Source: Myxococcota bacterium
Lineage (GTDB): Bacteria; Myxococcota; XYA12-FULL-58-9; JABJBS01
Reading direction: 5' to 3'
Assembly (NCBI GenBank): GCA_036339465.1
Contig: JAYZAY010000059.1
Location: 30,611-94,610, forward strand
DNA length: 64,000 bases
The notes under the pieces are model-generated. The model made no database searches. It was not told where the DNA came from and was given only the letters and a program-made list of their open reading frames with translations. Position numbers and translations under genes: made by a program. Each line of letters opens with the position of its first letter. The first letter of the stretch is position 1. Of this stretch, positions 61,029-64,000 are shown piece by piece.

Positions 61029-61877
61029 TTGGTGGGTGCTATCCTGGTGGCGATTGGCGTCTTCGTTTCGGCGAAGTGGGATAGCCGTGCAGGGGAGAGT
61101 TGGCTCGGTCAAGTTGTCGAAACGGTTACCTACCCTTTTCATCTTATTGTTGATCGCACCTTGAATGGCATGAATTTTGTTTGGGATCGTTATGTCTATT
61201 TAGTTGGTGTCGTGGAAAAAAACGAGCAACTCGGTTCCGAAAATACAGCCTTGATACGAGAGCTGTCGGTGTTGAGTGAAGTTCGTGAGGAAAATAATCG
61301 TCTTCGGGAATTGTTGGCTCTTACCAAGCGATTGCAAAATTCACGGGCATATGTGGCCAGGGTTGTCGGCTTGTCGGTGAATCCTCTTTTTCGTTCCATC
61401 CGGATCGACATTGGTGAGTCCCATGGCGTTTTGGTGGGAGACGCGGTGGTGGTAGCCGAGGGCATTGTGGGGCGGGTCGCCGAAATTAATGGGGATGTTT
61501 CGGAGGTCATTTTGCTCCTCGATGCGAACCATTCAGTTGATGTTTTGGTGCAGCGGACGCGAGCTCGCGGTAGAGTGAAGGGACGGGGCGGCAATACTCT
61601 TGGCATCGAGGTGTCTCGTCTTTCGAGAACCGCAGCAGTTCAACCTGGTGATTTGATCGTGACCAGTGGCATCGGTAAAGTTTTCCCCCAAGGACTTCCA
61701 GTGGCGGTGGTGACCGAGGTCAAAACCAAAGGCTATGGGGTGCATAAAACCGTCGATGCTCGACCCCAGGTTGATTTTAGCAAATTGGAAATGGTGCTGG
61801 TGATTCTTGGGAGTGGTGACTTCACGGAAACGAGTGAGTCGCCCTCACCTTTGGCCGAGGGGAGTAAGGTCCGGTGA
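61029..61877 (+). CDS. mreC: Rod-shape determining protein MreC
   Basis: N-terminal TM, a coiled coil (ENNRLRELLAL), and a C-terminal beta domain with GDxVVTSGIGKVFPQGLPVAVV. Confidence 0.85.
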   Translation: MVGAILVAIGVFVSAKWDSRAGESWLGQVVETVTYPFHLIVDRTLNGMNFVWDRYVYLVGVVEKNEQLGSENTALIRELSVLSEVREENNRLRELLALTKRLQNSRAYVARVVGLSVNPLFRSIRIDIGESHGVLVGDAVVVAEGIVGRVAEINGDVSEVILLLDANHSVDVLVQRTRARGRVKGRGGNTLGIEVSRLSRTAAVQPGDLIVTSGIGKVFPQGLPVAVVTEVKTKGYGVHKTVDARPQVDFSKLEMVLVILGSGDFTETSESPSPLAEGSKVR

Positions 61878-62386
61878 AGCATGGTCTTGTCATTTGGTTG
61901 GCTTGGACATGTGTGGCTCTTCAATCCACCTTGGGTATTCGCTGGAACATCGCTGGCGTCATGCCCGATGTTGCGGTTGTCTTCGTTTGTTTTTGGGCGC
62001 TTCAACGTTCCTTTCTCTCTCTGAGCTTTGCCGCCCTTGGCCTGGGCGTAGCATGTGATGTCTTTAGTGGGGCCCCCTTGGGATTTCACGGCCTGAGTCT
62101 TTGTCTATGTGCTTTTGGAGTCAGGCAGACCACGGGTGCGTTTTCTAGGGGGGGGATTGTCTTTTTTGGAAGCGTGGTGGCATTGGTGACGGTGGCCCAT
62201 CATGGGCTGATGTATGGGATGTTATGGGGTGGTCGGGGTGATGCGTTTTTTTCGAGTTGGGCCACTGCAAGTTTGTTGCCGACTGGCTTTATCACGGGCT
62301 TGGTGGCAGTTTTATCTTACCCTGTGCTTTGTCGATTGGAAGCTTGGGTTCAACCTCCGCGTTCCGGAGCGTTGTTGTGGAACTAA
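61874..62386 (+). CDS. mreD: Rod-shape determining protein MreD
   Basis: ~170-aa polytopic membrane protein, positioned between mreC and mrdA. The start overlaps the mreC stop. Confidence 0.7.
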   Translation: MKHGLVIWLAWTCVALQSTLGIRWNIAGVMPDVAVVFVCFWALQRSFLSLSFAALGLGVACDVFSGAPLGFHGLSLCLCAFGVRQTTGAFSRGGIVFFGSVVALVTVAHHGLMYGMLWGGRGDAFFSSWATASLLPTGFITGLVAVLSYPVLCRLEAWVQPPRSGALLWN

Positions 62387-64000
62387 GTCACGATTTGCCA
62401 GCTAGAGCCGGGCTCAAGTTCTTTCGTACCCGCCTTTTTGTCGCAGTGGCTATCGTGGTTTTGGCGACGCTCGTACTGGGTGGGAGGCTTTATTGGTTAC
62501 AACTCCTTCGCGGAGAAGAGTTGGCCAATAGAGGGCGGTCCAATTTTGTGCAGGGTGTCGTGGTGTCTCACGATCGTGGAATTATTTACGATCGAGACGG
62601 TCAGATTTTGGTCGACAACCGAGCCTCTTTCGATTTGGCCGTGACCCCCTACTTTTTGGGTGATGCTGAGCAAGTGCTATCGACTCTAACCACCCTTGGT
62701 GAACGGTTGAAGGTGGATTCGGAGGAGGTCAAGTGGTTTAGTGAGCAGGTGAAAAAACAGCGAGGTCTAAACCGATTTCGTCAGCTGGTGTGGCTCAAAG
62801 ATTTGAATCCCGCCCAAATGGATTTTGTGGAAACCGAGCGTAGTTTATTGCGTTTGGACGGGGTTGAAATCGTGGATGGGCGTCGTCGTGCTTATCCCAA
62901 TGGCTCTTTAGGAGCCCATATCCTCGGGTACGTGAACGAGATTGACCGAGGGTGGTTGGAGCGAGAAAGAGCGCGGGGTAATCCAGGGGGATACCGTAAG
63001 GGTGCTATCCTGGGGCGGGCTGGTTTGGAACGCGAATTGGAAATGGAATTGCGTGGTCGGGATGGTTCCCGAAATATTATGGTGGATGCTAAGGGACGGT
63101 TGCTTTCCCAAAGTGCCTTTGGTGATGAATATCTAAAGCTTGGGGAAGAGGAACCAGAGCCTGGAAACAATCTTTACCTCACCATTGATAGAGAGCTTCA
63201 GGCGATGACCGAAGCAGCTTTTGATGGGGCCGCAGGCAGTGTGGTGGTGATGGATATCAAAACCGGTGCCATTTTGACCATGGTCGCTGTGCCTTCTTTT
63301 GAGCCGAACCTTGTGAGTGGGGCTTTGGAGGCCGATGAAAAAAGGGTCCTGGATGAAAATCTACTCAAGCCTTGGCTGAATCGCAGTATCCAAGGTCTCT
63401 ATGCGCCAGGGTCGACGTTTAAGATTGTGACGAGTTTGGCTGGGCTCGCTTTGGGAGCCATTACACCGGAAGAAAAAATCTATTGTCCGGGTCACTACAA
63501 ATTGGGTCGGCGTAGATGGCGGTGCCATAAGGATGCGGGGCATGGCTATGTAAATCTAAAGGACGCCCTGAAGGTTTCCTGTGATGTCTATTACTACGAT
63601 GTATCCATGCGTGTGGGAATCGACAAGATTGCCGAGTGGGGTCGAGCCCTCGGACTCGGACAGAAAACGAAGTTGGGGTTGCCCAATGAAAAGTCGGGTG
63701 TCATGCCTGACCGTCGATACCACAATCGCGCCCATCGACGCAGTGGAGGCTATCAAAAGGGGATGGCGTTGAACACATCCATTGGTCAGGGCGATGTTTT
63801 GGTGACCCCACTTCAGTTGGCGGTGGCTTATGGCGCCATTGTGAATGGGGGGAGAGTCGTTGAACCTCATCTTGTGAATCGAATTGAAACTGCGGATAAA
63901 CGCGTCACGCGAACGACTCTCCAGACAAATGAAATCACAGGCTTGACGTCTCTCTTGGCGAAAGTTGAAGGTGAAGCCCCAAAGATTAAAGATATTCGTG
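62377..64000 (+). CDS. mrdA: Penicillin-binding protein 2 (peptidoglycan D,D-transpeptidase MrdA), 3' end cut by window
   Basis: Open frame not listed in the ORF track because it has no stop before the window end. Likely GTG start at 62377 overlapping the mreD end. N-terminal TM (FFRTRLFVAVAIVVLATLVLG), dimerisation domain (RGIIYDRDGQILVDNR), transpeptidase SxxK (GSTFKIVT) and SxN-region motifs. Confidence 0.85.
   Translation, partial: MELSHDLPARAGLKFFRTRLFVAVAIVVLATLVLGGRLYWLQLLRGEELANRGRSNFVQGVVVSHDRGIIYDRDGQILVDNRASFDLAVTPYFLGDAEQVLSTLTTLGERLKVDSEEVKWFSEQVKKQRGLNRFRQLVWLKDLNPAQMDFVETERSLLRLDGVEIVDGRRRAYPNGSLGAHILGYVNEIDRGWLERERARGNPGGYRKGAILGRAGLERELEMELRGRDGSRNIMVDAKGRLLSQSAFGDEYLKLGEEEPEPGNNLYLTIDRELQAMTEAAFDGAAGSVVVMDIKTGAILTMVAVPSFEPNLVSGALEADEKRVLDENLLKPWLNRSIQGLYAPGSTFKIVTSLAGLALGAITPEEKIYCPGHYKLGRRRWRCHKDAGHGYVNLKDALKVSCDVYYYDVSMRVGIDKIAEWGRALGLGQKTKLGLPNEKSGVMPDRRYHNRAHRRSGGYQKGMALNTSIGQGDVLVTPLQLAVAYGAIVNGGRVVEPHLVNRIETADKRVTRTTLQTNEITGLTSLLAKVEGEAPKIKDIR

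Overview
This 64-kb window looks like core chromosome from a Gram-negative bacterium of about 50% GC. The Gram-negative call rests on LptE, ExbB/ExbD (TolQ/TolR-type), MreBCD-PBP2 and lipoprotein signal peptides. A placement in Bdellovibrionota/Oligoflexia is possible but is only an inference from GC content, the PilZ/GGDEF density and many secreted proteins. The window is densely coding on both strands, and ORFs often overlap by 4 nt.

Genes I recognise confidently include nusA (3' end), infB, ligA, acylphosphatase, a large NAD-specific glutamate dehydrogenase with a TetR regulator, alaS, apaG, lon, trmL, an ALDH7-type aldehyde dehydrogenase, pgk, tpiA, secG, tRNA-Leu(GAG), ferredoxin, polA, the MoxR-DUF58-transglutaminase triad, holA, lptE, argG, nth, rluA-family and mreB-mreC-mreD-mrdA (3' end cut by the window). 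I found no transposase, integrase, CRISPR array or obvious prophage.

What stands out is a dense c-di-GMP signalling repertoire: two GGDEF cyclases, two PilZ proteins and a standalone MshEN-like c-di-GMP-receptor candidate. There are also several unusual gene couplings. An apparent exbB-exbD-ftsB-like-Ser/Thr-kinase operon sits at 30294-33250. A small ORF, alaS and a PilZ protein are co-oriented at 17107-21861. A PilZ-like gene sits where leuS normally precedes lptE-holA. An acyltransferase, an ICMT/DUF1295-like protein and a radical-SAM/SPASM protein (TTG start) cluster with no obvious precursor peptide. A secreted NlpC/P60 paralog and a secreted thioredoxin-fold protein have both lost their catalytic cysteines. 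A perfect 24-bp tandem duplication sits upstream of the ALDH7 gene. Several otherwise ordinary enzymes carry Lys/Arg-rich tails.

All calls are made by eye from the translated motifs, with no database search run.
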